From IMG/VR virus record IMGVR_UViG_3300042923_000569, positions 195,772 to 259,771 of that record: 64,000 bases of DNA. One strand, given 5' to 3'. The translations under genes were made by a program, and so were the position numbers. The notes below the pieces were generated by a model. The model had not been told where the DNA came from and made no database searches. It worked only from the letters and a program-made list of their open reading frames with translations. Origin of the DNA: a virus. Below, one piece after another: positions 1 to 9,524 of this stretch. Within the stretch, counting starts at the first letter, position 1. The number at the start of each line of letters is the position of its first letter.

Positions 1-216
1 GCCACTTTTTCCGTAACAATCTGCGTAATAATCATCTAGATAAAGATAATTTTCTTCATCATCTGGATTACACATTTTGATGATTTCAGAACCCGGATAG
101 AAAGTTTGATCTAGTACTTCAAAGGGTTTTCCAGTTTCATTGGAAAGTGCTTTACCTTCTTGAATTAGAGCTTCAATTTCTTTTTCAATCTGTTTAATGG
201 TACGTACTTTAGACAT
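1..216 (-). CDS. hypothetical protein (partial; the coding region runs off the window start)
   Basis: ATG at 216-214 preceded by AAGGAA; open frame to position 1 (MSKVRTIKQIEKEIEALIQEGK...). Confidence 0.5.
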   Translation of the reverse strand, partial: MSKVRTIKQIEKEIEALIQEGKALSNETGKPFEVLDQTFYPGSEIIKMCNPDDEENYLYLDDYYADCYGKSG

Positions 217-226
217 TTTATTTTCC

Positions 227-472
227 TTAACAAGTCTGACTTGACGAAACCCAGCCGCCTTGTTCAGCATCTAGATAATATTCATCAACTAACCATTCAC
301 CATCTTCACTCTGAAGGTACTGTGGTGGGTAATAGGTACAACCTGCACCATAAGCAATATCAAGTGAAAATTCCAAACCATGTTCATCTGCAATTTGTAC
401 TGCATCCGCAACTGCTTGATCGATTTTTGCAACTGCTGCATCTAACAGTTGTTTTGCTTCTTGTTCAGTCAT
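227..472 (-). CDS. hypothetical protein (81 aa, acidic)
   Basis: ORF track; part of a tightly packed co-oriented series. Confidence 0.5.
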   Translation of the reverse strand: MTEQEAKQLLDAAVAKIDQAVADAVQIADEHGLEFSLDIAYGAGCTYYPPQYLQSEDGEWLVDEYYLDAEQGGWVSSSQTC

Positions 473-473
473 A

Positions 474-707
474 TTAATAATCCTCGCGTTTCCAAGAGTC
501 GTCGTACCAGGTAGACAACATTTCTTTTACTTGTTCAATTTCTTCGTCAGTTGTATCATCACTGAAAGCAGTCTGGTATTCACATACTGGACAGTACCAT
601 TCCATTCCTTCATACAACTTAGATTTCACTACTTCAATTGTGTCATTGACGAATAGCTCAACGTAGCTATCACCAGATTCACTTTTAATATGCATTGCAA
701 TAATCAC
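474..707 (-). CDS. hypothetical protein (77 aa, one CxxC pair)
   Basis: ORF track; 1-nt gap to neighbour. Confidence 0.5.
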   Translation of the reverse strand: MIIAMHIKSESGDSYVELFVNDTIEVVKSKLYEGMEWYCPVCEYQTAFSDDTTDEEIEQVKEMLSTWYDDSWKREDY

Positions 708-970
708 ACAATCACCAATTTTAGCTTTTTAGTTAGTACTGCTTCTTCTTCACCATCAACAAAAACTTCAATAGTAGAAGTACTTAGCCATAGACCTAAG
801 TCAATATTTTTACCTTCGTACTGCTTAATAAAATCTTCACCAAATACATCAGCACGAAGTTTTACGTTATAGAAATAAAGGTCAGACACACCATGTTCGT
901 CCCAATTTTCCCAAGATTCGATTAGTGAAAATTCAACACCAGAATCATCTTTTTCTGTTTTAATAGTCAT
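704..970 (-). CDS. hypothetical protein (88 aa)
   Basis: ORF track; 4-nt overlap with downstream gene. Confidence 0.5.
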   Translation of the reverse strand: MTIKTEKDDSGVEFSLIESWENWDEHGVSDLYFYNVKLRADVFGEDFIKQYEGKNIDLGLWLSTSTIEVFVDGEEEAVLTKKLKLVIV

Positions 971-971
971 A

Positions 972-1343
972 TTAATATTTCCTAATTACCTCAATCTTTG
1001 GATCATCATAACGACGACCACGATATTGAGAAGTTTCTTGATCTTCGTTCCATCGTTTTTCACAACATTTACATTCAATCACAAACCAGTAAGAATCCTG
1101 AGAACGATCATAGTTACCAGTATCAGACTTAGATTCAATGGTAATGTATTCATGAGTGCATTCTTCTTGAAAACTTAATTGTGCATCTAATGCTTTGGCT
1201 AGATTTTCTTGGAGCTTAAGAAACTCCTTTCGCTTCTCTGCAAATTCTGCACCAAGCTTATCAGCAGCCGTTTGATATTCCATAACGGCTTTTTTGGAAC
1301 TGAATTCTGTACCGTCAGCAGCTACATAAATTTTTTGTGTCAT
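972..1343 (-). CDS. hypothetical protein (123 aa, Cys-rich C-terminus)
   Basis: ORF track. Confidence 0.55.
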   Translation of the reverse strand: MTQKIYVAADGTEFSSKKAVMEYQTAADKLGAEFAEKRKEFLKLQENLAKALDAQLSFQEECTHEYITIESKSDTGNYDRSQDSYWFVIECKCCEKRWNEDQETSQYRGRRYDDPKIEVIRKY

Positions 1344-1531
1344 TTCCTTTTCCTTTTTAAGAATTCTTCTTTAATTAACATAGGAATTGTTATAGGCCAA
1401 AATAAACCCAAAATAGCCATTATAGCCATTCCAAAAACATTGCCCCAATCACGCCAGATGGTAATTCCAATAATGAATGTTAGAAAAATTCCTGCCAAAT
1501 ATATCATTGATATAGTACCTAGAATTTCCAT
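1340..1531 (-). CDS. small membrane protein (~63 aa)
   Basis: ORF 1340..1606 overlaps 1531..1716; an internal ATG at 1531 gives TGATG coupling; hydrophobic. Confidence 0.45.
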   Translation of the reverse strand: MEILGTISMIYLAGIFLTFIIGITIWRDWGNVFGMAIMAILGLFWPITIPMLIKEEFLKRKRK

Positions 1532-1716
1532 CATAATGAAAAGACTTCCATGATTAAAACTATAGGCCAGCATATTCCAGCCATAAGAGAAATAAGAGTT
1601 CCACAAATCATATTGGATATACCCACTGAATCTAAAGTAAGTTCAACAAATGTATATGAAAATGCAATGATTCCACACAAAATATAAATGAATATAAAAA
1701 TTGTTAGTACTGTCAT
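1531..1716 (-). CDS. small membrane protein (61 aa)
   Basis: ORF track; hydrophobic; ATGA overlap with upstream ORF. Confidence 0.45.
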   Translation of the reverse strand: MTVLTIFIFIYILCGIIAFSYTFVELTLDSVGISNMICGTLISLMAGICWPIVLIMEVFSL

Positions 1717-1949
1717 TTGTTTTCGCCTGTAATTTTTTCTTTAATTTTTACAAACCAGTATACAGGCCATAGAGCTGCAATCATAAATGCAAAACCCATC
1801 ATTAATAATCCAAATACAAGTACTAGTGGATGATCATCGTCACCGTTAATTCCCATTTCAGTAATAATATCACCGAATGTAACTACTGCCATTATTACAT
1901 AGAAAATACAGAAAATTCCAATCCAAGATAAAATTTCCATTATTCCCAT
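1713..1949 (-). CDS. small membrane protein (78 aa)
   Basis: ORF track; two hydrophobic segments. Confidence 0.5.
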   Translation of the reverse strand: MGIMEILSWIGIFCIFYVIMAVVTFGDIITEMGINGDDDHPLVLVFGLLMMGFAFMIAALWPVYWFVKIKEKITGENK

Positions 1950-2287
1950 CCTAAATGATAACGCCAGCCTTGTGAACCGAAAGAGTCATCAAGGTCACCA
2001 GCATTAAGAACATCGATCATAAATTCGATTTCACCAGATACCATATCACCATCAACTGGAGTTCCAGCGGCAATAGCGTCTAGTACTTCAGGCGTTAACG
2101 AAGAATAGTTTACAAATAGGTCTTCTTCTTCTGCACCTTCATAATCGTGATAATCATTATCGTACTGTACTGTTAAATCATAAATGGTTCGCAAATCACG
2201 AATAAAAGAATCACGGTCTTCTACATTTCTGAAGACGCCATTAATTTCAATTTCGTGTTGAAGACTACCGAAGTTACGTTCACTCAT
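1940..2287 (-). CDS. hypothetical protein (115 aa, acidic)
   Basis: ORF track. Confidence 0.55.
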   Translation of the reverse strand: MSERNFGSLQHEIEINGVFRNVEDRDSFIRDLRTIYDLTVQYDNDYHDYEGAEEEDLFVNYSSLTPEVLDAIAAGTPVDGDMVSGEIEFMIDVLNAGDLDDSFGSQGWRYHLGWE

Positions 2288-2547
2288 AGATATTTGTCCA
2301 TCAAAAAGTCGAATAATTCTTTACTATTTTTACCAACATACCAGTCAACTAGTTCGTTTTCTTCGTCTTCATCTTCTGGGTGTTCGAAAATTTCAACATG
2401 GAAATGTCCCTTAAAATCAACACCAATACCGAAGATAAGTTCACCACAAGTATTTTCTTCAATATCCTCTATCATAGAACAGATATAGTCGAATTGTTCT
2501 GATTCATTGGCATTAGTTGGAAATTTATATTCAGTTGTGTTTTTCAT
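2284..2547 (-). CDS. hypothetical protein (87 aa)
   Basis: ORF track; 4-nt overlap. Confidence 0.55.
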   Translation of the reverse strand: MKNTTEYKFPTNANESEQFDYICSMIEDIEENTCGELIFGIGVDFKGHFHVEIFEHPEDEDEENELVDWYVGKNSKELFDFLMDKYL

Positions 2548-2707
2548 TACTCTTTCCTAATACTAGTAAAATGATAATAACAAGAAATGGAGAAATGATA
2601 AAACTGATAATAGCCCATAGTAAAAATGAACGATTATTCTTTTCTGTAATACAGAACATCACGTAGTAAGTGATTAGTAGGATAATTACGTAAATTGCAG
2701 TTGCCAT
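2531..2707 (-). CDS. small membrane protein (~58 aa; below the ORF-track cutoff)
   Basis: hand translation MATAIYVIILLITYYVMFCITEKNNRSFLLWAIISFIISPFLVIIILLVLGKSNEKHN; TAATG coupling to the upstream gene. Confidence 0.35.
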   Translation of the reverse strand: MATAIYVIILLITYYVMFCITEKNNRSFLLWAIISFIISPFLVIIILLVLGKSNEKHN

Positions 2708-2970
2708 TATTCTTTACCTACTGAAACATGATGTAGTACTGCTACAGTTTTAAATTCTTCTTCAGAATTGCCATTCAGATCAACAATCTTAACTTTAAGA
2801 CCGTCAAGTGAATTATTTGCGTGGTACTTTTCCATTAGTGCTACATCATGGGTATCCGAAACAATATCAACTGCTTCACCAGTACGTTCAGCAATGAACT
2901 TAGCAACTTCAACTGCTAGGGTTGTTTTACCTGAATGTACTGTATCTGACGTAATATTAACTGTAATCAT
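2707..2970 (-). CDS. hypothetical protein (87 aa; SGKTT resembles but is not a canonical P-loop)
   Basis: ORF track. Confidence 0.5.
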   Translation of the reverse strand: MITVNITSDTVHSGKTTLAVEVAKFIAERTGEAVDIVSDTHDVALMEKYHANNSLDGLKVKIVDLNGNSEEEFKTVAVLHHVSVGKE

Positions 2971-3173
2971 TAATTATCCTCTAAATCTTGAATTTTTATA
3001 CCTTCGCTTAAAATTTGTTTGCGTGGGTATTTGTGTTGATAATACTTTAGACCATCATCGTGATCACGAAATGCACCTAGATTAGTACGACACATTTCAT
3101 AAACTGCACCATCTGAATCGTGGTCTACGATATCAGATTGTTCATAATAAAAAAGATAAACTAGCATATACAC
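2970..3173 (-). CDS. hypothetical protein (67 aa)
   Basis: ORF track; start preceded by the conserved TTTTAATTGAGAGG leader. Confidence 0.45.
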   Translation of the reverse strand: MYMLVYLFYYEQSDIVDHDSDGAVYEMCRTNLGAFRDHDDGLKYYQHKYPRKQILSEGIKIQDLEDN

Positions 3174-3209
3174 CTCTCAATTAAAATGGGGTACTTAGTA
3201 CCCCTAGTA

Positions 3210-3425
3210 TTACTCAGCAGGATTTCCAGCCGAAGTAATATAACTTACTTTAATAACATACTCTGGTGATGGATATTCACGCTCTAAATCAGCACGAATA
3301 CCACCAGAAACAGACGTCTTACCTACCCAATGAGAATCAGTATGGGTAACAATATCATGAAGACTGTAAGAACGGTTTTCTTCATTGTTACTTTTATAAA
3401 TGCTATATACTACATGAATTGCCAT
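3210..3425 (-). CDS. hypothetical protein (71 aa)
   Basis: ORF track. Confidence 0.45.
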   Translation of the reverse strand: MAIHVVYSIYKSNNEENRSYSLHDIVTHTDSHWVGKTSVSGGIRADLEREYPSPEYVIKVSYITSAGNPAE

Positions 3426-3434
3426 TTTGTTTCC

Positions 3435-4358
3435 TTAGAAATCGCCCGGATTGACTTGATAGACTTTTAGACCCAATAGCTTACGCCACATGTCAACAAC
3501 TTTGGTGCGATCATCAAATACTTTAACTACTTTATATTCAGTACTTACATGATTCATAAACAACTCATACTTAACAATATCATCAGGGCGGTTATCATCC
3601 GCAGCACGCATGTAGATATGGTCATAAGGAACACCGTATTTCTGCAACCACTTCTCAGTATCTTCTTTGCAAGTTTCATGGCGACCACTCATGATGATTA
3701 CCTTACGACCAAGATAGTTCTTTTCTGCCATAACAGAAAAGATAACTTCAGGATCTGGATCATCAAGTAGTACTTTGTTTTCTTCATATGGACCACGTTT
3801 ACCTTCCATATGAGCAAGAGTACCGTCAATATCTACAATGATTGCTTCTTCCAAGCCAGAATCATAAGTGAATTTTGGTAAGACACTGTACAAGTACTTT
3901 TCTGCCATACCATCAATAACTTCTTCAGGTACGGACTTTTCCCGCATTAAGTTACGTTCTTTACACTGCTTAACATAATCTTTAATAGCGAAGAATTCAT
4001 GTACGAAAGTTTTATCCTTCTTAAATTCAGTAAAGAAGTTTTGTTCTTTATAAGTGTAATTGTGTTCGCGTGCAAATTCTTTCCACTTATTACGTACTGC
4101 CGGATTTAAGTTGGTATCACCAACGATAATGTTCCAGTTATTCAAAGCTGCATGTTTAGCTGCACTGTACTGAGCGTCTTGCACGTACTGTTCATTGTCT
4201 TTGCGGAACTTATAGTTTTGGTGTGATCCAGCCATAGTCTGGCGAATGTCGTCTAAGTTTACGATTACCGTTTTAGAACGAGCACTTTTTACATGTTCTT
4301 TCGCCCAGGTCGTTTTACCGCAACCTGGTGGTCCTACTGTTACTGTCAATACTGGCAT
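3435..4358 (-). CDS. pseT: polynucleotide 5'-kinase / 3'-phosphatase (T4 PseT-like)
   Basis: Walker A GPPGCGKTTWA; phosphatase DxDGT motif (DIDGTLA); C-terminus ...VDMWRKLLGLKVYQVNPGDF closely resembles the T4 PNK C-terminus; the first ATG is M6 of the track ORF, whose own start is TTG. Confidence 0.9.
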   Translation of the reverse strand: MPVLTVTVGPPGCGKTTWAKEHVKSARSKTVIVNLDDIRQTMAGSHQNYKFRKDNEQYVQDAQYSAAKHAALNNWNIIVGDTNLNPAVRNKWKEFAREHNYTYKEQNFFTEFKKDKTFVHEFFAIKDYVKQCKERNLMREKSVPEEVIDGMAEKYLYSVLPKFTYDSGLEEAIIVDIDGTLAHMEGKRGPYEENKVLLDDPDPEVIFSVMAEKNYLGRKVIIMSGRHETCKEDTEKWLQKYGVPYDHIYMRAADDNRPDDIVKYELFMNHVSTEYKVVKVFDDRTKVVDMWRKLLGLKVYQVNPGDF

Positions 4359-4569
4359 GTTTTCCAATTCCAAATTTGTCAGAGAAATTTCTTAGTACTC
4401 GTTCTGATACACGAATACTCGCAGTGTCATTCCTGGAGCTATATTTTAAAGGTGTCCATGATAGACCATTTGCATCTAAAAACTTTAATGCACGAAAATA
4501 ATCTTTAAGTGTATTAAATTTAATTACAGTCATGTCCTGTTCAATGCTATGGCTTATTTCAACTTTCAT
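4315..4569 (-). CDS. hypothetical protein (84 aa)
   Basis: ORF track; 3' end overlaps the pseT start by ~44 nt in another frame. Confidence 0.4.
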   Translation of the reverse strand: MKVEISHSIEQDMTVIKFNTLKDYFRALKFLDANGLSWTPLKYSSRNDTASIRVSERVLRNFSDKFGIGKHASIDSNSRTTRLR

Positions 4570-4578
4570 GGAATTCTC

Positions 4579-4809
4579 CTAAATGATTATGTACTTGTCA
4601 CAGTATTTCATCGTTAGATTGAAGAATGCTCCTTCATCGAAATAAAATTCTTCATCAACGATAAAAGCTATGTCACCAATATTTTTTACGTATCCAAGCA
4701 TCTCATTTTTTTCAACGATGCTTAAAGTTTTAGCTGGAATAACAGAAAATTCATGTTCTTTATATAAGACTTTGACTGTTTGTATTGTTTCCAATTTACT
4801 CACGTGCAA
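4579..4809 (-). CDS. hypothetical protein (76 aa)
   Basis: ORF track. Confidence 0.45.
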   Translation of the reverse strand: MHVSKLETIQTVKVLYKEHEFSVIPAKTLSIVEKNEMLGYVKNIGDIAFIVDEEFYFDEGAFFNLTMKYCDKYIII

Positions 4810-5035
4810 ATCTTCCTATATCATAAATTTTAGGTTTTTTGTTTTTGGGCTTACGTTCCTTCTTATACATAGTACTGCTAACACCAAAAGTATTTTTAAG
4901 ACGCTTTGCAGACTTAACCACACCATTCCTTGAGCGGTCACTTTGCACAGCGTCTATCTCTTGTAGTATTCTTCTATGTTCTTCAGGAGTTCTTACGTCG
5001 CCCTTTTTTACTTTGTACTTAGGTTTAGCCATCAC
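4796..5035 (-). CDS. small basic protein (79 aa, Lys/Arg-rich)
   Basis: ORF track. Confidence 0.45.
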   Translation of the reverse strand: MMAKPKYKVKKGDVRTPEEHRRILQEIDAVQSDRSRNGVVKSAKRLKNTFGVSSTMYKKERKPKNKKPKIYDIGRFARE

Positions 5036-5062
5036 TACTCCTTGTTAGGCTATGTTACGAAC

Positions 5063-6223
5063 TTAAACTTCAAACTCCTTAAGAACGTCTTTCATGTACT
5101 TTAACATGATAGCTTTATAATCTACGGGCTTAGAATTATAAAGTGAGAACGCAATACCAGGCATTCCAAGTTCGTTAGGTAATACCTTCTGTACTTGAAT
5201 TGCATAATCTTTTCGTTCTAAATTTTTATTTTCATTGTAAAATGATTCAGATTCACTTACTAGCTTATTATAGCAGGAAAATACAAGCTGTTCCATTTTT
5301 TCGATCTTTTTCATTGCGTACAAATCTGTACTAAACATCTGCTTAAGATCATCTGATGCACCGGTAATCACTGCACCATATAAACGAGAATCAACATTAA
5401 TGCTGTCCTTTGTAAAGTGTAGAGCACTATACCAATCAGTCTTAACCTTACAAATACGACCATCTTTTAGAATGATAATATAACCTTCAATGTCATGCAT
5501 TTCACGTACTGCATCAATGCTTTCAATTAAAGTCTCTTTCATTGGGAAAGTACTATCAATATCACCGTGTTTAGCCGACACAGAACGCTTGTACAAGCCC
5601 GGAAATGCATCTTTAAGGCGTTCACCCACTAACATTTCACCGGTCTGACGATGGCGTACATTAAGCACAGTAAGGCCATCTTCCTGATACGGAAGAACAA
5701 TACGGTACTCAGGTGAGGTATATTCTAAATTTACAGTGAATCCTAGAATTTCTGCCTGATAGATTTCTTCGTAGAATTCTTTATCCTTGTGTAGCATTGC
5801 AGTACTGTTAATAGCATGGTCAGAATATAATGATGCCTGGGACTTAGTACGTACTTTATAATCTGCATCCATGAAGGTACTGATAATAGAGCCGTCAAGT
5901 TTATCCATTACTACTGCAATCTCAGAACTTAAAGTACTTTTATCAAACATAGTGAATGGGTTTTCATATGCATTGAAAAACTTCATTGGTGGTCTAGAAA
6001 CCAAACGAATAAAAGAACCTTTATCATTACCTTGAGGATCTACTTCAAACATTGAACCACGGCATTCTAAAGCATTAGGCTCTAGAAAGTCAGTATAGCT
6101 TGCAAGACGATATGAGAAAATACGGAATGTGCCACCGCCAGCAGAAGTGAAGTCTTTCCATGAGAAAGCATCGTTCTTTGCGGTTAAAGCCATCAGATCG
6201 TTAAAAATAGTTTCAGTGCTCAT
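5063..6223 (-). CDS. rnlA: RNA ligase 1 (T4 gp63/Rnl1-like)
   Basis: Motifs FRIFSY, ALECRG, EKFFN, ENPFTM and the central lysine region match T4 Rnl1. Confidence 0.9.
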   Translation of the reverse strand: MSTETIFNDLMALTAKNDAFSWKDFTSAGGGTFRIFSYRLASYTDFLEPNALECRGSMFEVDPQGNDKGSFIRLVSRPPMKFFNAYENPFTMFDKSTLSSEIAVVMDKLDGSIISTFMDADYKVRTKSQASLYSDHAINSTAMLHKDKEFYEEIYQAEILGFTVNLEYTSPEYRIVLPYQEDGLTVLNVRHRQTGEMLVGERLKDAFPGLYKRSVSAKHGDIDSTFPMKETLIESIDAVREMHDIEGYIIILKDGRICKVKTDWYSALHFTKDSINVDSRLYGAVITGASDDLKQMFSTDLYAMKKIEKMEQLVFSCYNKLVSESESFYNENKNLERKDYAIQVQKVLPNELGMPGIAFSLYNSKPVDYKAIMLKYMKDVLKEFEV

Positions 6224-6232
6224 TTTAAACCC

Positions 6233-6547
6233 TTATTTGGTTTCGTAATCATCATTTACAAATGAATCTAAATCATAATATAAATTATCTGCACTAATTT
6301 GTGCCAGTAGTTCAGTACTTTCTTTGATTTGATTAATATTACCGTCAGAATCTACAAGAAAAATATTATCAGCATCACACTTAATTTCTTGGCGATTTTC
6401 ACCATAAATCTTAATGCTGCGTCTAAGTGTATATTCTTTCTGTCCAGTTTTCTTCGTAACAATTGTTCCATCTTCTAAATCAGAAGCCTGGATAATAACC
6501 TTAAAGACACTTGGCATTGTTTTAAAATGTATCATTCTTATATCCAA
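6233..6547 (-). CDS. hypothetical protein (104 aa)
   Basis: ORF track; terminator hairpin immediately upstream. Confidence 0.55.
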   Translation of the reverse strand: MDIRMIHFKTMPSVFKVIIQASDLEDGTIVTKKTGQKEYTLRRSIKIYGENRQEIKCDADNIFLVDSDGNINQIKESTELLAQISADNLYYDLDSFVNDDYETK

Positions 6548-6577
6548 AAAAAGCCCCGATTAGACGGGGCATAATAA

Positions 6578-7318
6578 TTAATACAATTCAACCATTCCCA
6601 TCAAGACAGAATCATCTGGACGTGAATATTGTTGTTTCGCAATTTTGAAATAAAATGAATCGGCGTTTTCTAAACAGTATCGCTTCTTCAAACATCTCGT
6701 ATATGTTTGGTTATTAGGATGAACCCATTCGTAAATCTGAATTCCTTCATCATTATAACCAATTATTGATGTACGGTTTCCTTCATGACGGTTAAAGTTT
6801 TTACTCCTTTCAGTAAAGTACTTTACCTCGACGACTTCTGGCTCGTCATAAACATAAGGCATTTCAGTTAAACGAAAATAATAATAAGTCTCATCTTCAG
6901 AATATCCTAATAGAACTGTTTCAGTACTGCTAATACCATAGTGCTGTAAGCTCTTTGACTCATTATCTTTTATATCTGCAAGTACCTCTCTTAGTACTTG
7001 TACCGGTTCTCCATTAGGATCAGAAACTCCAGCAACCCTACGTTCAATAATAGGGTCAGTATATCTACGTTCTTCCTGAACTACACCGTTCATATATAGA
7101 CCAACGAAATCATCCTTATATGTTTTTACTGAGTACTGAGTACTGTTTAAAGTACTATATACATCAGCCAACATATTAGCCTGTCCACACTGTACACCAT
7201 CAACAGCTCCAGCAGTTGCGTATTCTGCCATTACTGATGTTAAGGTTTGAAAGTTGGACATGTTTAGTTCGTTAGCCATTTCTGTTGCAAATTTAATACG
7301 ATCAATCATCGCACACAC
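6578..7318 (-). CDS. hypothetical protein (246 aa)
   Basis: ORF track; AAGGAG-type RBS; sits between the NTase-like gene and rnlA. Confidence 0.6.
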   Translation of the reverse strand: MCAMIDRIKFATEMANELNMSNFQTLTSVMAEYATAGAVDGVQCGQANMLADVYSTLNSTQYSVKTYKDDFVGLYMNGVVQEERRYTDPIIERRVAGVSDPNGEPVQVLREVLADIKDNESKSLQHYGISSTETVLLGYSEDETYYYFRLTEMPYVYDEPEVVEVKYFTERSKNFNRHEGNRTSIIGYNDEGIQIYEWVHPNNQTYTRCLKKRYCLENADSFYFKIAKQQYSRPDDSVLMGMVELY

Positions 7319-7381
7319 TCCTTGTGTTTAAAATCTGCTGTCTCTCCCTTAAAAAAATCCCCGAATTAACGGGGAAAGATA

Positions 7382-8476
7382 TTAATCTAATTCTTTAATA
7401 GCAAGTAGTTTAATATTACCTGAAATTGTAAGTCCTTGATGAGTCATATCAAATTTACAATCATCTTCAACTTCAATAACTGCTGCATAATAGGCATTAC
7501 TAGTTCTATAGTAGTAAGCTGATGGAACGTCATCAATACTTGGATAAACAGTAACATCTTTTCTGAAGTAACTAGATTGATCTAACGTAAATGTTTGTTC
7601 GTGATTATTGTTATCAACATATACACCATTAATCTTACGAATGTACTTAAAGAAAATACGCTGATTAGCATATGGATTTCCTAGTACTGTAAAGAATAAC
7701 ATTTCAATCGTTGGGTTGGTAGCAGTTGGCTTATCCAGATATTCATGTACTGTTTCGATCATAGAAAAAGCATCTTCCATTGTAAAAGGTACTGAATGGT
7801 CGAAGAATTCTGATACATCAATACCATAGAAACCACTTAGCTGATCTTCCAATTCTTCCCATGAAGTAATGTTCAGATCACTAATAGCCATTCCGATCTT
7901 GAACATTTCTTTCTTAGAAATCTTATAACCACGCTCTAAGTATTTTGAAACACGTAGGGAACTCATGATAGGATAACGAGTACCTTTATTAAAAGTTAGT
8001 CTACGTTCTGCAATGTCAGTTACAAACTTATCGTGCAAAACGAATTGCGAAGTACTGAAATCATATGCAGCCATATTGATATGGAAATCATAACTTTTAA
8101 ATATATCAGTCACATCTTGAAAGAAATCAAAATGGATTAATTGAAGTACTAAATCGTTATGAGTGAAGGTTATACTTCTGGAAGTGTGATTTTGACAGGT
8201 AAATTCAAAAGTACTCATATCCAAAAAATCTTCTTCAGACAATGGGAAAGGATCTTCCCCGTCTTCCAAATCACCCTCACTGTTATAAGCATTACGAATG
8301 AAGGTGATAATATCTTTTTTGGATCTGAAATAAATGTCATAGTCATTTACTTCTGCACCAGAAAAGATTGATGTAATTGCACCACCAGCAATAATTGCGT
8401 TTGTAGTGGTAAGCATACTAATTGCATCTTCTCCTAGATTGCGAAGAAGTGTGTTTTTGTGTCGTCCTAGATTCAT
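7382..8476 (-). CDS. putative nucleotidyltransferase (Pol-beta superfamily signature)
   Basis: N-terminal AIIAGGAITSIFSGAEVNDYDIYF fits hGG-x12-DxD-hhh with the spacing of class-II CCA-adding and poly(A) polymerase-type NTases; rest of protein unrecognised. Confidence 0.45.
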   Translation of the reverse strand: MNLGRHKNTLLRNLGEDAISMLTTTNAIIAGGAITSIFSGAEVNDYDIYFRSKKDIITFIRNAYNSEGDLEDGEDPFPLSEEDFLDMSTFEFTCQNHTSRSITFTHNDLVLQLIHFDFFQDVTDIFKSYDFHINMAAYDFSTSQFVLHDKFVTDIAERRLTFNKGTRYPIMSSLRVSKYLERGYKISKKEMFKIGMAISDLNITSWEELEDQLSGFYGIDVSEFFDHSVPFTMEDAFSMIETVHEYLDKPTATNPTIEMLFFTVLGNPYANQRIFFKYIRKINGVYVDNNNHEQTFTLDQSSYFRKDVTVYPSIDDVPSAYYYRTSNAYYAAVIEVEDDCKFDMTHQGLTISGNIKLLAIKELD

Positions 8477-8664
8477 TTACTAAGTTCTTTCCATTGTTTA
8501 ATTATGTCATATATAAAAAATCCTGTTCCTAGTGAACTAATACTAATAGATACACCAGCAAGTATATGAGCTATTTCTAGCTCACCAGTACTTGTATATA
8601 GAAACCACGTACAAGCCCATAACAAGATTAAAGATAGGGCTTGTACAACTAAAACCGTCTTCAT
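8473..8664 (-). CDS. small membrane protein (63 aa)
   Basis: ORF track; hydrophobic; overlaps both neighbours. Confidence 0.4.
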   Translation of the reverse strand: MKTVLVVQALSLILLWACTWFLYTSTGELEIAHILAGVSISISSLGTGFFIYDIIKQWKELSK

Positions 8665-9524
8665 TATTGAGCCACAGCCTTACCATAATCAGGTGCATAT
8701 TCTTGAACAATCTGCACAAATTTACGGATGGTACGGACTTCAGTTAGAAGCATGAATTTTAGTACTTCGTATACTTCACGTTGATTGAAGTTGTTTTTGG
8801 CATCCTTCATCATATCTAGGAAGTACATTTCAACTTCATCACAATACTCAACAAGCTTAGCTGGTTTAAATACACCAACAGCAGTACTGAGATTATGAAT
8901 ACGGTCAATTAGTTTTACAACTGAACAGACTTCACAATTAGAAACCTGTTGGAAATATCCATAATATTGTTCACTACCCTGATCCTTAAATTTAGATAGA
9001 ATACGGCTGTACTTAACAACATCAGGGAACATTTCGTGCAATTCATTTTCCCATTCAGGATAATCTTCAATGGTATCATGAATGATAATACCCATATACA
9101 CATCGTAAGGCTTAAGAAGAGAGCTATGTAAACTAAGTGCCAAGCTCAACATTTCAAGTTGATGTGAAAATTCTGGATTACCATCTTTACGTTCATTGCA
9201 ATGTACTTGCTCTGCAAAAGTGATTGCACGACGAACATCAAAGTACTTTGGTTCTGCCAAAGTAAGACCTTCGATAATACCAAGTACTTTAGTGCGTAGT
9301 TTGTTATATTCTGTCTTTTCCATACGATCTACCTCTTCGTCGGTTTGATTCAACATATAAGCTGGCATTGGTTTTCCGTTATAAATCACATACTCACCAG
9401 TTTCTAGCTTACGTTGTGCAATGTTCGCAGATGCCTTTTTAAGACGACGATGAAGCCGGTCGCTTAACTCATCTGCTGTTAGAATTTTATCGTCCACGTT
9501 TACCTTTGATACGTTCTTCGCCAC
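8664..9524 (-). CDS. HD-domain phosphohydrolase, RelA/SpoT-type (small alarmone hydrolase-like)
   Basis: ...KDGNPEFSHQLEM...GIIIHDTIEDYPEW parallels the SpoT hydrolase pattern R.sGePy..HpL.V...(L)LHDviEDt. Confidence 0.7.
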   Translation of the reverse strand: MAKNVSKVNVDDKILTADELSDRLHRRLKKASANIAQRKLETGEYVIYNGKPMPAYMLNQTDEEVDRMEKTEYNKLRTKVLGIIEGLTLAEPKYFDVRRAITFAEQVHCNERKDGNPEFSHQLEMLSLALSLHSSLLKPYDVYMGIIIHDTIEDYPEWENELHEMFPDVVKYSRILSKFKDQGSEQYYGYFQQVSNCEVCSVVKLIDRIHNLSTAVGVFKPAKLVEYCDEVEMYFLDMMKDAKNNFNQREVYEVLKFMLLTEVRTIRKFVQIVQEYAPDYGKAVAQ

